Origin: Chrysomallon squamiferum
Lineage: Eukaryota > Animalia > Mollusca
Direction of reading: 5' to 3'
Length of the DNA stretch: 64,000 nucleotides
Assembly (NCBI GenBank): GCA_012295275.1
Contig: CM022665.1
Location: forward strand, 12,276,001 to 12,340,000
In this document: in pieces, positions 1-13,660 of the stretch
Layout of the letters: every line of letters begins with the position of its first letter
How positions within the stretch are numbered: the first letter of the stretch is position 1
Program-made: the position numbers and the translations under genes
Notes under the pieces: model-generated
Seen by the model: the letters and a program-made list of their open reading frames with translations, nothing else
Database searches by the model: none
Told to the model about the DNA's origin: nothing

Positions 1-379
1 TCTACAGCTCTAGTCAATAAAACTGATGTTGCACTAATTTCCTTGTTTGGTGTATTGCTGGTATTTGTTTCTTAGCTGATTTCAGTGTTTACAGTAGCAA
101 CATATCATATCATATCACATGTCACATATCTATATCTTTCTATCTATCTATCTATATATTCGGTTATTCTTAATTTATAATGATCTTCTGTGTTTTAAAC
201 TTTTTTTAGTGAAAAGCAGTGTTGTTGTTGTTTTTTGGGGGTTTTTTTCAATTATTTTTCATGCTTATATGATGTCAGTGGAAAACCTACAGTTGACTTA
301 AGGAACAAAAAAATATAAGTTAAAAGAATAAAAAATACATAGAAATAACGGTTCAATTTAATTTTTTTTTTTTTTTTTT

Positions 380-384
<5 letters not shown>

Positions 385-468
<84 letters not shown>
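385..468. repeat. (GA)n microsatellite
   Basis: Direct reading. Confidence 0.95.
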
Positions 469-470
<2 letters not shown>

Positions 471-844
471 AGGAGTATTGAAGTATTAGATGAAAAAGGC
501 TCATTTTATAAGGACACCCTTTGAAAATTGTTCTTATTTAATAAATTGGTACTAATGCCAAAAACAGTGTCCCAGGTTGGTGACATTCACCACCTGTTCT
601 GTTCCGACCTATTTATGCCTTCAACCTGCAGTTCCATGCAGTCAATAATCCAATTTAGATCCAAACAGTTCCATATTAAACCCATGCATGTGTGAGCAGA
701 ATGACAGGTCGCAGTGCAGGCATTAATAACAGAGCTCTCGGGCACCCCACTGGCAATTCTGTTATGCCTTTTACATTACAGGAAGACACCGAAATGACCA
801 CAGAAATAACCTCATTAAGGCATCCACTATTATTCATCCACGAC

Positions 845-980
845 ACTTACCGACAAAAAAGTGCCTTTCACTCCACGTGGTGTCAGGAAATTGATTGCGA
901 CATCAAAAACAGGAAATGCGTACGTCACAACACACTGGCAGCGCTTGCTCGATTCCGCTGACGTACTGCTCGACGGTGTT
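845..980 (-). promoter_or_regulatory. CpG-rich promoter-like segment; possible non-coding first exon of a minus-strand gene leaving the window to the left
   Basis: CpG cluster with CACGTG, TACGTCA/TGACGTA half-CRE sites and AGGAAA motifs. Minus-strand donor TCG|gtaagt at 845-850. Confidence 0.3.
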
Positions 981-1245
981 AAAGTCTACTAATCACGCAT
1001 CACTCATAAACGGTGGAATTAAAAACGTTTGTTAAAAAAAAAAAAAAAAAAATGGAGGTAATTACGCCACTTGATCGCAGGAATGTGAATACAGATTTGT
1101 TTCCATTACCGCTGTCCGCTCTTCGCTCTGCTTGAGGTTATCTGAAGTAATTCGCAAATATTAATTAAATTTACTGAAGAAAATACACAACGAAGGAGGC
1201 TATTTAAGTGTATTTTTGTTGTTGCTGTTTTTTTTCTTTTTAAAC

Positions 1246-1277
<32 letters not shown>

Positions 1278-2370
1278 AAACACACACACAAAAAAAAAAC
1301 TCGCAAAAAAAACAAAAAAAAAAAAAAAAAAAAAAAACACCCAACAAAATAACGTTCCATAAATGGAGTGAATAGAAGAATGCAGTAACCCAGTAACACT
1401 TGCTGTAATGTTGGTTATTATAAAACATTTTTTTAATTCTTTTTCAGTTCTGACGACTGAATAATATAATGATTTAAACATATCCAAACTTTTTTAAAAA
1501 TATTTTGGTAATTTTTTTTCTGTTTATTCGTTCTTCCATCTATCTATATTACTGTGTTGATCCACCTATCAAATACTCTGTCAGTATGGTTTTTTTTTCT
1601 ATCTTTGTATATTATTTTTTCACTTAACGCCGATTTTATGAGTACAAATGACATCATCGTTATCGTTATCATTTTTATCATTTTCTTCTTCTTCTTCTTT
1701 AAAAAAAAAAAAATAAAATAAAATAAATAATTTTGACCGCCAGCGAATATTGTGCATCCAAATTGAATATCTGAACGATATTCACTTTTAAAAGTCAAAT
1801 TTATTTATTAAATATACAAATGCGTTTCTGTTGCAAATCGTATCTGTTGCTGATTGCATAATAATGAACATATTTCCTGTGTTTCATAAATAACTAACAT
1901 TAATATGGATTATGATGACACTCTGTGACATTAGGAACATTTCGACTTTAATCAAAATATTATCCTGAATCTGCCATCTTATGGACAGCATGACAGTAGA
2001 TTTCTTTCGTATCACAAACGTAAGAATTACCTTTGCTGTAAATATTACGGTAATTGGAAACAAAAGAATAATGAGGAATAAAAACTTGAATAAGATATCT
2101 GTTACTGATCTTATCTATTATTCGATCAATTTTTTATATCGATCTTTCTGTTCGTTAATTTTTCATTTGTTTTCTACAGTCATCGAGTGAAGTATAATGC
2201 ACAATATATTTAAATGTATTACTATAATTGCTATCATCACCATCATCATCGTCATCATTATCATTATAATTTTTCTTCTTCTTCTTCTTCTTCTTCTTAT
2301 TTTGTTCTTGTTATTGTTATTTTTGTTATATATTAATATCAGTACTGGTAAAGTTTCTATGTTGTTATGG

Positions 2371-2406
<36 letters not shown>

Positions 2407-2978
2407 GGTATTAATAATGTTTATATCAACAGTATTATTATTAAAAGTTGCTGTGGTAATTGAAATTCGGCAGGAACATTAGTCATTTACGAATTCGGTA
2501 TTCAGAAGATCGTCATATGAACTCTTACCTAGTAAATGCGTGATATGTGTGGGAATTTGCCAACAACATCAACACTGTTGACAATATCGGCATTGTATTT
2601 GCGAAACAACATTTTTTTTTTTTTTTAAATTGGTCTAAATTATAGAGACATTTCAACCACAAACACATTTTCACGAATTACAGTGTTTAACTTTTTCTGT
2701 CTAGAAATGATCTGACTGCCTTCATATAAGTACTGCTATTGTAATTATTGAAATAAATAAAATCCTGCATTGTCAAAGGATAGATTTGTCTTAATAAAAT
2801 TGCTTATCCAGTAATACCAATATCTACATAAATGTCATTATTTGCATTAGTCGTGATCTCATCGAGTTACTTTATCTTGCTGTCTCCCATCTGTTCATTA
2901 ATTTCATCGTGTTATTATCATGTTTGTCAGGACAGAAAAGCTATAAAGTTGTCAAGAGAAGCTGTATGAAAAATCCAG

Positions 2979-3656
2979 TGTGTATTAAAGCAAATACTAT
3001 AATAACAGGGGCTGGTCTAGGATATCAGAAAGGGGGGAGTCGTGAATTGATTATTACAGAACAACTTTTTTTTTTTTTTTTTTTTACAAGCATACAGTTT
3101 GTGTTAAAGCAAATATTATAACAGGGACCGATCCAGGATAGCAGAAAGGGGGGGGGGGAATCGTGAATTATTACTAAACACCTTTTTAATAGATCCAGAA
3201 TGTATTAAAGAAAAAAGTGTAAAAACAGGGACTGATCCAGGTTTCAGAAAGGGGAGGAGTCGTGAATTATTACAAAATACCTTTTTAAAAACATAGCAGG
3301 TATTAAAGTACACACTGTAATAATAGGAACTGATCCAGGATTTCAGAAAAGGGGGCAGTCATGAGTTAATTATTACATAATAATCTTTTTACAAAATTCT
3401 TTAAGTATTAAAGCAAACAGCTGAAAATACTGACTGATCTAGGATTTCCTGAATTTATTTATATATGTATGTATAAAGCATATGTTAAAGCAAATAAATA
3501 ATGAATTAAAGTGACACAGCCAGGATTTCAGATGAATGGCAAATGGAAGTTGTGGAATGTATACACTGTATTACAAAATTACCTCTAGATTAAAAATCCT
3601 CTGTGTATTGAAATAAAGATGATAATTGCATCCAGGATTTCAATGAAAAGGGATTT
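2979..3656. repeat. Degenerate tandem repeat, about 7 units of ~100-120 bp
   Basis: Recurring GTATTAAAGCAAA...ACAGGGACTGATCCAGGATTTCAGAAAGGGGGGAGTCGTGAATTATTAC at ~2979, 3100, 3200, 3300, 3405, 3482 and 3603, decaying rightwards. Confidence 0.85.
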
Positions 3657-4618
3657 CATTTTAAAGCAGCAGTCTCTCACGTTTACAGTCCAAAGTCTAA
3701 GTTAACTTTCAAGACAGAAGCAAAATTAATGTTTTAAAAGACAAGTTTAAACAGTTAGTGTCATATGCAGATCTTAGAGGATACATCGCTCGTTATTCAT
3801 GAACTGAAATTTTGCCAACCAGTTTCTTCTTGCTAGTAAATCTCACTGGCAGTTTCAAGCACCCGATAATGGCGTCCATGAAATACTTAAAGAACTGAAT
3901 GTAAAGAAATAGAAGAGTATTAGAAAGAGAGGGAGAGAGAAAGAGAGACAGAAATAAACAGAAGAGAAATAGAGATAGGATGTTTAAAAGATGAAAGTAA
4001 TGCTTTCTTCGTCTACCTCATTATCTTTTTTTTTTCATCACAGAAATGTGAAACTGTTGTGAGAGTTTTAACACAGAATCAGTTGTGATTTGCCACCTGG
4101 CTCAATTCGCTCTCTTTGCAGACTACGTTTCACAATTACAACAGAACATAAGCAGATAATTAACACAAAGATTTGTTGTTGCTTTTTTTTGTTTGTTTTT
4201 TTTTGCTTCAACAGATTCCTTGTGTTTCATTCAATAACATTTACAATGCTGTCAAAACAAAAGGCAAACAAGTGCAGCAAGAAGTAATATTAACTGCCTC
4301 ATCTTGCAGGCCGTAGAAAATACACCTTTTTTTATTTCGTAATGTTTGCTTCGGGCGACTCATTAGGCCGTCATTATTGGTTGTTATTTTACAAAGAAGT
4401 AGATGTACATAAAAACAAGGAAGGAAGAAAGTTGAAAAAAAAGAGGTAAAAGAAAGATATAATATTGGCTTTGTTACGAAATGAAGTGTATTATTTTGGC
4501 ATCGAGAAATGGTTTGATAAAACGTAATGATTGAAATTTAAACCATATCTTCAAGGAAGGTTTAATATATTCCTCATATTCTGTACTGAATAACTGAGCT
4601 AGTTATATGAGTGAGTGA

Positions 4619-4740
<122 letters not shown>

Positions 4741-5149
4741 GATTTATGTGTGTGTGAGTGTGTATTTAAGGAGAGAGTCAAATACACGGAGAGAGGGGGA
4801 GATACTGGGCGAGAAAAAGAAACAGAAAGAAAAAGCGGAGAGGGGTGTAAATGAAAAATGAAAAACTAAACGATTAGTGATTTTGTTTATGTCGACGCTA
4901 AACCCAATTTACTAATGACTTTAACATTTGGCACAGAATCATGAATACATTTAACTTTCAGCTGCATGCCAGATTTAATTACTTCTTCTAAACAGGTTCT
5001 GAAAATATTACTGAGATATAAATATTTAAAATCTTGACATTCGCGTACATTGGTTTCGATATTTGTTTTGTAATTTTAGGACGTGAGACACTAATACGTA
5101 TTTTTTAAACATAATTTTGGGATTTCACTCCATCCATCCACCCAACCCC

Positions 5150-5197
<48 letters not shown>

Positions 5198-5277
5198 ACA
5201 AATCCCATTGGTTATGCACTTTTATAATAACATAAAAGCTATATCAGTTCTACCCTTTGTCCTGCTGTGAAACAATG

Positions 5278-5309
<32 letters not shown>

Positions 5310-6191
5310 TATCAAGACCACAAAAGAACAGTAACACAAATTACATTACTCACTTTAAATTTTCATCTGGCAGCGAAAGCAGTTAATTTGAAAAAGAGAT
5401 ATAAATAATGTATGTGTGACTCCCACATATTTATAACACAGTTACCGATAAAACTAATTACAATATGTTTAAACTGAAGAGTAATTTAACGTGCAGTATT
5501 CTGAGTTTCCATGCTGCCTAGTTCTCACAGACGTAATTAGACAGGACTATTTTTATTTTTACAAGTGTTGTTTTCATCACTTCTCGCTGGACTGGAATGT
5601 TCCGTTATGACTGATTTAATTAGTTCAGAAGTGCAATAACTTAAGTGGAAAATACAGGTGCGCAAACAAGTGAGAGGAAATAAACAAAAGGTAAAAAGTA
5701 ATAAATACAATACAAAATCCAGATATCCTTAAAAAAAAAAAAAAAAAAAGAAAGAAGATGATATCGTTATAATAATAATAATAATAATATGACCATGATG
5801 ACAGTAGTAATAATATTAAAGTTTTTTTTTTAAATGTCATATCTACAATTATAACTGTTACAACTGCTACCACTACTACATTTACCAATCCAGTCTTTAA
5901 TATTACTATAAGCATATATCCATAAATCCATTTCATGATCGACAGTATGAGACGTACCACTCCTAATAATATTACGACTAACTGCTAGTGCCGCCAACGT
6001 AACGGAAAAAAGGGTAAAAACAAAGCAATTTAAAGACATTTACTGGCGTCAGTATAATGACATTTAAAAAGCGACCTTTTTTCTTTATTAAATCCGATTG
6101 CGTTTTAAAATACAATTATAACAATTTATACAAATTTTTCTTGACAGTGGAAAAAGATAATAAGAGTAATTTATACAGTAAGCAGATAGCG

Positions 6192-6230
<39 letters not shown>

Positions 6231-6436
6231 CTTCACCTCGCTAATTGCACGGAATCGTGTTTACATAGATATCCCTAAGCTCACAACAGCGTTGTCAGAT
6301 TGTCTTTAGTTTATCTCTGTCTCTCTCGTGTGCAATTATCATTTGAGGTACATAATCATTTTGTTTTCGTTAGCTCGATTCAAGGCAGTCTTAAACTCTG
6401 CGATGTTGTTAGTGTATAAAAACCATGTTTAGAAGC

Positions 6437-6680
6437 TGGCTGTAGAACGAACGGGGCGCGATTGGTCCGTGGTTCAGTCCTCATCAGGGTTTTTCTGTAA
6501 AGCCGCTTCACCTGGATCTAGAGCACCGCATTGGTTTATCAAACTCCGTGGTAAGTGCCTCCTTGTGCAAGGGAATGTGAATATAAACGATATCTTAATG
6601 CTATCTGAAAAATAGTAACGTACGGCGTGAAGGCAATGGGTTTCCTTTTTACTGCGTATGGGGTCTTAGACATAAAATTG
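6437..6680 (+). mobile_element. Decayed tRNA-derived SINE with a conserved central domain of a type common in molluscs
   Basis: B-box-like GGTTCAGTCC at 6471. The following gcaccgcattggtttatcaaactccgtggtaagtgc...gggaatgtgaatataaacgatatcttaatgct...gaaaaatagta...gggtttcct resembles, from memory, the GCACCACGACTGGTATATCAAAGGCCGTGGTATGTG...GTGCATATAAAAGATCCCTTGCTGC core of invertebrate SINEs. An A-rich tail follows. Confidence 0.6.
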
Positions 6681-7189
6681 TAGAAAAAAAAAAAAAAAAA
6701 AGATTTGACAGATAATATCTTTTTACATGCTAGTCAATACTTAATATCTGTTTTGAACCTGGATTATGTAACCAAGAAAATATTAGAAAATTAGATAAAG
6801 TAAAGAGTAATGTTAGTCATTAATCTGCTTTAAAAAACTGTAGGATGGAATCGATAAGACGTTACAATAAAAGATTTGTATAAAAATATATATGATAAGT
6901 TCTTATCTTGGACAGGACTCTCTGGTGATGCATACGACAGACGTACTTAAATACCTCTTTGATGGAAGCATCCTAAACATTACTTGTGAACCATCAATCT
7001 TCAGAAGGTATCGTAGAAAATCTTATTTTGTATAGTCCCTGTACGTAGAATTATAAAAGTTCCGGGAGATAAATATGACCAACTGGTTCACATATTCTCG
7101 ATTGCAATATGTGCCATTTTTTCTTTAACAACTGTAATTGTCAATACATGTATCTTTCTGTAAACTGAGAGAGAGCCCATACGTTCTTT

Positions 7190-7429
7190 TTTATTTTATT
7201 TTATTTTATTTATTTATTTATTTGTTTGTTTGTTTGTTTGTTTGCTTGCTTGCTTGTTTGCTTATTTATTTCTTTGTTTGCTTATTTATTAATTTTTATT
7301 TATTTATTTATTTATCTGCTTATTTATTTATTTGTTTATTTGCTTATATTTTTATTTGCTTATTTATCTATTTGTTTATTTATTTACTTACTTATCTATC
7401 TATCTATCTGTCTGTCTGTCTATCTATCC

Positions 7430-7472
<43 letters not shown>

Positions 7473-7520
7473 GGTCTATCGGTCTATCTGTTTATCTATT
7501 TACTTAATTACTTACTTACT
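7190..7520. repeat. Compound tetranucleotide tract (ATTT/GTTT/GCTT/ATCT)n
   Basis: Direct reading; explains ORFs 7138, 7226 and 7332. Confidence 0.9.
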
Positions 7521-8355
7521 TACCAGTTTTCTTTCAGTTAATTCATATTACGTTCTACTGAATTTAAATTATTATTTTCCTCCAGAAGAGGGTTCTATTA
7601 CTCATCTTCATTGGTGTTTCCAAACCTTTTTTCTACAACGGAACCGTTAAATATTTTTTTAATATACCGCAGAACTCTCAGACTTTTCGAACAGATGAAC
7701 GTGAAAAATAATATGTTAACACATTATGTTTCAGTATATTTCTTAACGATGAAATAAGTATTCTACAGACTAGTTCTTCTTTGCATCAAGAACTGCATAC
7801 GTCATGTTTTAGAAATAACTTTGATTTTGTTCATGTCAGAAGTTTTCATATGTTCCTCAGCTTCAATGAAATTAGATCTCTGTTAACTGATTCTGCTGGA
7901 AAAAAAAAACAACAGACAAAAAAAACCAACAAAAAAAAAAAAACGAAACAAAACAAAACCATTATTTCATCTGATGCTGACATTAGCAATCAATTCTTCT
8001 TTGATGATTCAAAGCCGAACTGATGGTATTTTTTAAATTTAAAGATTTATTTTTAAATTCTCATGAAATCATTTGAAACGAAGATATATCATCAAAGGTT
8101 TCTTGAAAACTAGGCTGTTTCTATAAACCGAAATAAAAATAAGTTAAGTAATTAGATGAAAATAACATTATATGAATCAGAAATTTACTTTGAGATCGCC
8201 CATCAGTATGACAATAGATGTTGTAAAATATGACATTAATGTGTTTATAATTATTATCTTCAGTTTCAGATAAAACTTTAAAACAGTCTCGAAAATATAT
8301 TTAATCTTCTTGTATGGTACCTATAAAAGGAATACAACCTACGGATTTAATACTG

Positions 8356-8393
<38 letters not shown>

Positions 8394-10406
8394 AATAAAT
8401 AGAAAAAATGAAAGACCGACGGAAGGCTAGTCAGAAAAAGATGAAAAAGACAAAAAAGGAAAATAAGAAGATTGACAGATAGACAGATATAAATATAGAC
8501 GTAGTTACCTATGTATGTATGTATGTATGTATGTATAATAGATAAACAGGTACAGAGATAGACAGATAGATAGATAGGTAGGTAGGTCGGTAGGTATTTA
8601 GATATAGACAGAGATGTATATAGAAAGAGATGGCGTAAATGAGAAGAAAAGGAATAGAAACACCGAATAAAGACAAGAGTCTCACGAAAAAGAAGGAAAA
8701 AAACAGTTGTTATGAAAAATTATACGATGATCAAAAAGAGCAAAACCAAGATCGTTAAGATGCGTAAATGTGAAAAAAAAAAAAATAAAAATAATAATAA
8801 ATAAGTAAATAAAGAAATAAAGAAAGAAAGAAATACCGGAGACATGGAAAAGAAAAATAAGAAGTGAGAGATCGACATTGTTAACTTTATTTTGCCGTGT
8901 TTTGACTTAGAAATGACAGTCTTTATCGGCTGACCAAAGACAAGAATGACTAACTGGCAAAAGGAGTTAGCTACATTTATAAATCACACTGCAGTGTTTT
9001 CTGTCAAACATTTTCCCCTTGAGGCTTTACGTCGAATTTCTGTAATGGCCGTTATAATAGCTTCCCGGACATCAGAATGTTCAGAAATGTCTTCTTCTGG
9101 TTACCATGGTAATTTCTGGTGCCAGTCTGCAACAATGTTTGGAACAAAAAATAATTAATGGCTTCAAGGTGGAATTGTTCAGTGAGTGAGTGAACAGTAT
9201 CGCAGCTTGTGGAATCGCATGGTAAAGAAGTATCGGTGCGATTCTGTATGACAAAATCCATAAGAACAAAAAAAAAAAGAAAAAAAAAAAATTGAAATAT
9301 TCCCCCGAGCGATGGATAAACCTTATCGCACTATTGAATTTGAAAAAAGCATTTTACTGTATTTCTTTCGCATTTTATGATGATTGCTAAATATTTTTTA
9401 TTCCCCTCTTACTAAATGAATTCCAGTTTAATACTGTTTTCATGCTTTTAAAATAATAGAAATATAATTAATTTTGCGCACATCTTGATGGCTAAACATA
9501 GAACAAGTGAGTAATCCGTAATAATTGTATCTTAAACTTGTTCAAGCCTATTAATTTCCCTTTGATTTTATTTTCATGTCTTTTTTTTTTTTTTTTTTAA
9601 TACTGAAATTAGGCTGTTTAAATTATGTCAGTACACTAACGTTCTAACATATTAGTAGACTAATTTTAGTTTATACGTGTATTTTATGCTTTATTGAAGT
9701 AGAGAACTTACTGAATTGGAGATGCACAATTTTCTAGAACAGAGCACAACGTACTTTGAGTTTAACAAATGTGACTCGAACGTTTGTTAGTTGATCGCTG
9801 ACTCTCTAAAGATAGATATCTCCAACTGACTAGTTCTTGGTATAATAATAATAATAATAATAATAACAACAACAACAACAACAACAACAGCTGCAATATA
9901 AACATGGATATTATTACTATTATTGTTGTTGTTGTTGTTGTTGTTGTTGTTATTATTATTATATTTATTATTAATACCATTATTATTGTTTTTTGCTGTT
10001 GTTATTGTTGTTATCACTATGGTTGCTGTTATTATTTTTTTCATTATTATTATTTATATTGTTATTATTGTTGTTTATCTTTTTCATTCCTGCTTCTCCT
10101 TATTATTATTGTAACCTTTTTATTTTGAAAAATCCCGCCTTGTCAGATATTAATTTCGTAATTTTTTATTTTTTATTTATATTTTTTTTTTTTTATAAAT
10201 TTAGAGGAGGATATTTAAATTTTTCTTAACTGTGATTGCTTTGTCTAATCATAATGACAGCGTCAATAACGATGAAGATGATATATTTCTTTGATGTGAA
10301 TAATCATGGACAAATCCTGACCGATAATGATTTTAATTGTTTTAAAACAAGATAAATCTCTTTTATCCGAGAACACAACCAGTAGTAATTATCATTCACT
10401 TAAAAC

Positions 10407-10442
<36 letters not shown>

Positions 10443-10718
10443 TCCTAGGAATGGAAATTTAAAAACACCCTTGTGTATTACAATTAGATTAATCCTCAGT
10501 ACGAAGCATATTTATTAAAGAAATAAAAAATCAGCCAGTGGAAGAAGTCGATTTATTTACAACGTAACTTCCTTTAAGAGAAAGGAAAAGAAAAACAAAT
10601 TGGAAAATGGCTTCTAAAAAGCACTCATTACTGGAAAAACCTTCTACATTTTTAACAAAAGCAATGTTTTTGAACAAAAAAGGAAGAAACCCACATTTAC
10701 AATACGAAAACTTCCTTT

Positions 10719-10766
<48 letters not shown>

Positions 10767-13072
10767 AAGATAGATTACCAACAACTCCTGATTTAAAAAA
10801 AAGCCTGTTTAATGTATTGTACGAAGTCTTCTTTTAAACGACTCAAACAAAGGTGAAAATATAATCCATATCAGTCCCCAAAGTACGAGGATTCTATTAA
10901 TGTTTAGTGTCAAGACTTCTTTTTGAAACTACAGAATAACGAAACAAAGACCAAGAAGCCTTACTGATCCGAAAGTCTCAGCATGATGTTTTCTTTCTGA
11001 AGCTGTGAAAAAAAAGAAGAAGAAGAAGGGGAAAAAAAGTGTAGCCCACATAAATTCCTTGCTTAATTTTCACTATAAAGGTTTCTCAAGTAAGTAAAAA
11101 ACTGAAATATATGTTAAAAGTGAAAAAGATTAAAGGGCGAACGAAACAAATGATGAACGCTTTACTGCAGAGCCCACTCTTATAAAAACTCGCTGAATTT
11201 TTAATATGAAAGAAAGCAAGAAAGGTAGACAGTTTCTGAAAAATGTTACGAATTCTGGTTAATAAATAAATAAATAAATAAATAAATAATATTAATCATA
11301 AAATAATAATAACAAAATAAATAAAAAAAAAGGACAGGAAGAATAATAATTTAATGTCACGATGAACAAGACAACCAATAAATCTTATTTAATGCTGTTA
11401 CAAAGAAAAAATGGAAATGAAAAAGAAAAAAGGGACAAAAATAAAAAAAAGTATCAAGAAATATAGTATTAAGGAGCAAAACGAGAGGACGGAAAAAAAA
11501 GAGAAAGAAATATAAGAATAATAATAATAAATAAAAGTAAGAAAAACAAAAGAAGAGAAAAGGATAAAGTAAAATTTTGTAAATTACAGAACAAACCACC
11601 AGCTAGGAGAACTTCCTTCATCACAGATCTGAAATGTTCCCTTGATTAATAAACTTAGATAACAAATAACGTGACAAAACACAGACATTCTCGATGAAGC
11701 AGCATTCAAAGAGGTCTCTAGTGTCACTTTATGTCTTTCTAGAAAGGAAGCGCCGTTGTTATTAAGATCTTATATAACATGATGACAAGATTATATTAAT
11801 TTTCCTTATTGGATGATATTTCAGGTGAGATCCCAAGAAAGCTGTTATGATACTTTCACATGAAATACCGGAAATTTCTATAACACCAGGGGAAACGAAA
11901 TGAAAATTTGTTAATTCCGAAAAAAAGTTGAAACTATGGAAATGTAGGAAATTGTTATAAAAGCAGAGGAAGAACAGTCGAAAATAATATTTATATTAAG
12001 CAAAACATTTTTGAAATTAAGGAAATACTGGATTTGTTAAAATCAGTTTCAGCAAAATGTGAGGATATTTATTAACTGTTGAAAACAGCCCGCAATAACA
12101 GTAATGTCCTCAGTTCTACAGGATTTTATAACTCTCTCTCTCTCTCTGTCTCTGTCTCTCTACAGATACACATATGCACACACACATACATAGACATATA
12201 TATTTGTACATCATATACGCGCGTTTGTGTGTGTATGTGTGTTTTGTAACATTAAAATAAAATTAATATTCATTACTTTGAAAGATTACGAAAAGCAACA
12301 AATAATAATTATATCATCAACATAATTAATACTTTTTAATACCAAGAACTAACAAACTAACAAACAAACAAAAGCAAAAAAAAAAATTAAAACTGACAAA
12401 ACATTACCAACTTCGTTCTTGAAAATTCTTCAACATTCTTTAATGCTAATTATTGTTTCTTCAGCAAAACTGTTCTGAAATGTCAAATAATTTAAACAAA
12501 TAGAACTTTAAAAAAATAATAAAATAAAATAAAATAAAACAAAAATTATGACAGGAAGCAGAACAAAGAAAAATAATAACCTTAATAACCACTCTTCAAA
12601 GTCCAAACAACTCCAGAACAAATTAACCAAATAAATGAAAACCTCCTGTAATTTCTTATTTTTTTTCTATTTTTCTTTTTTTCTCCTTTTTATTATTTTT
12701 TTATAATTTTTTATTTTTTATTTTTTTTACACATCACGTTGTTTCTGAGTACCTTTAAAAGGACCTTTCGCGAGAACAGGAGCAGAAAAACAAGACCAAA
12801 TCTCATTTGTCGAATGTTGAATTTGAAGTTCCCACAATGAAATTACAGAGCTCGTCGGAGAATAAGATACAGTGTTTGCGATTCTGTTTTTGACAGATAC
12901 CCGTATACAACTACTTATTACTTTCCCTCTCTCGCGCATTACGCTGTAGGCTCGATCTGGCATTTTTCACGAAACACTATTGATCAGTTTTGACTTTGGA
13001 CAATGGCTAAAGCTACATTCATACTAGTGAATTTGTAATAATGTACTATTTTATTGTTTGAGATGATGTAAA

Positions 13073-13182
<110 letters not shown>

Positions 13183-13450
13183 AACTCTGATATGTCCCTT
13201 ATCTCTCTTTTTTCGATATATGTTTACTTCTACAAAATGCATTCAATTAAAATAATGGGCGTTCTTCTTTAATAAAGATGGATTACTAAATAACATAATG
13301 AGAAAATGGCTTAAATGAGTGAGATGTGTATGAACTGTTTTGACAGTTAGTATATGGTTGAAACATGCTGTTAATTATTACATTAGCATAAGGATTTTAT
13401 TACACTGATTTCGTCAATGTTTATTTTTATTTTTATGAAAATTATCTCTT

Positions 13451-13451
<1 letters not shown>

Positions 13452-13485
<34 letters not shown>

Positions 13486-13617
13486 TACATACATACATAA
13501 TTACACACACACACATATATACAGACAGACATACATACACACACATACATACATATATACATATATATACATGCATAAACACACACACATATATAAACAT
13601 ACATAACACAAACGCAT

Positions 13618-13648
<31 letters not shown>

Positions 13649-13660
13649 CATACATACATA
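13452..13660. repeat. (CA)n/(CATA)n compound microsatellite
   Basis: Direct reading. Confidence 0.9.

Noticed and set aside
1357-1366. CArG box CCATAAATGG
   Set aside because: Single motif 16 kb from the nearest muscle-gene exon and expected by chance in AT-rich DNA.
2979-3656. Repeat-spacer appearance suggestive of a CRISPR array
   Set aside because: The inter-motif segments are homologous to each other, the units are degenerate, there are no cas genes, and this is an animal genome.
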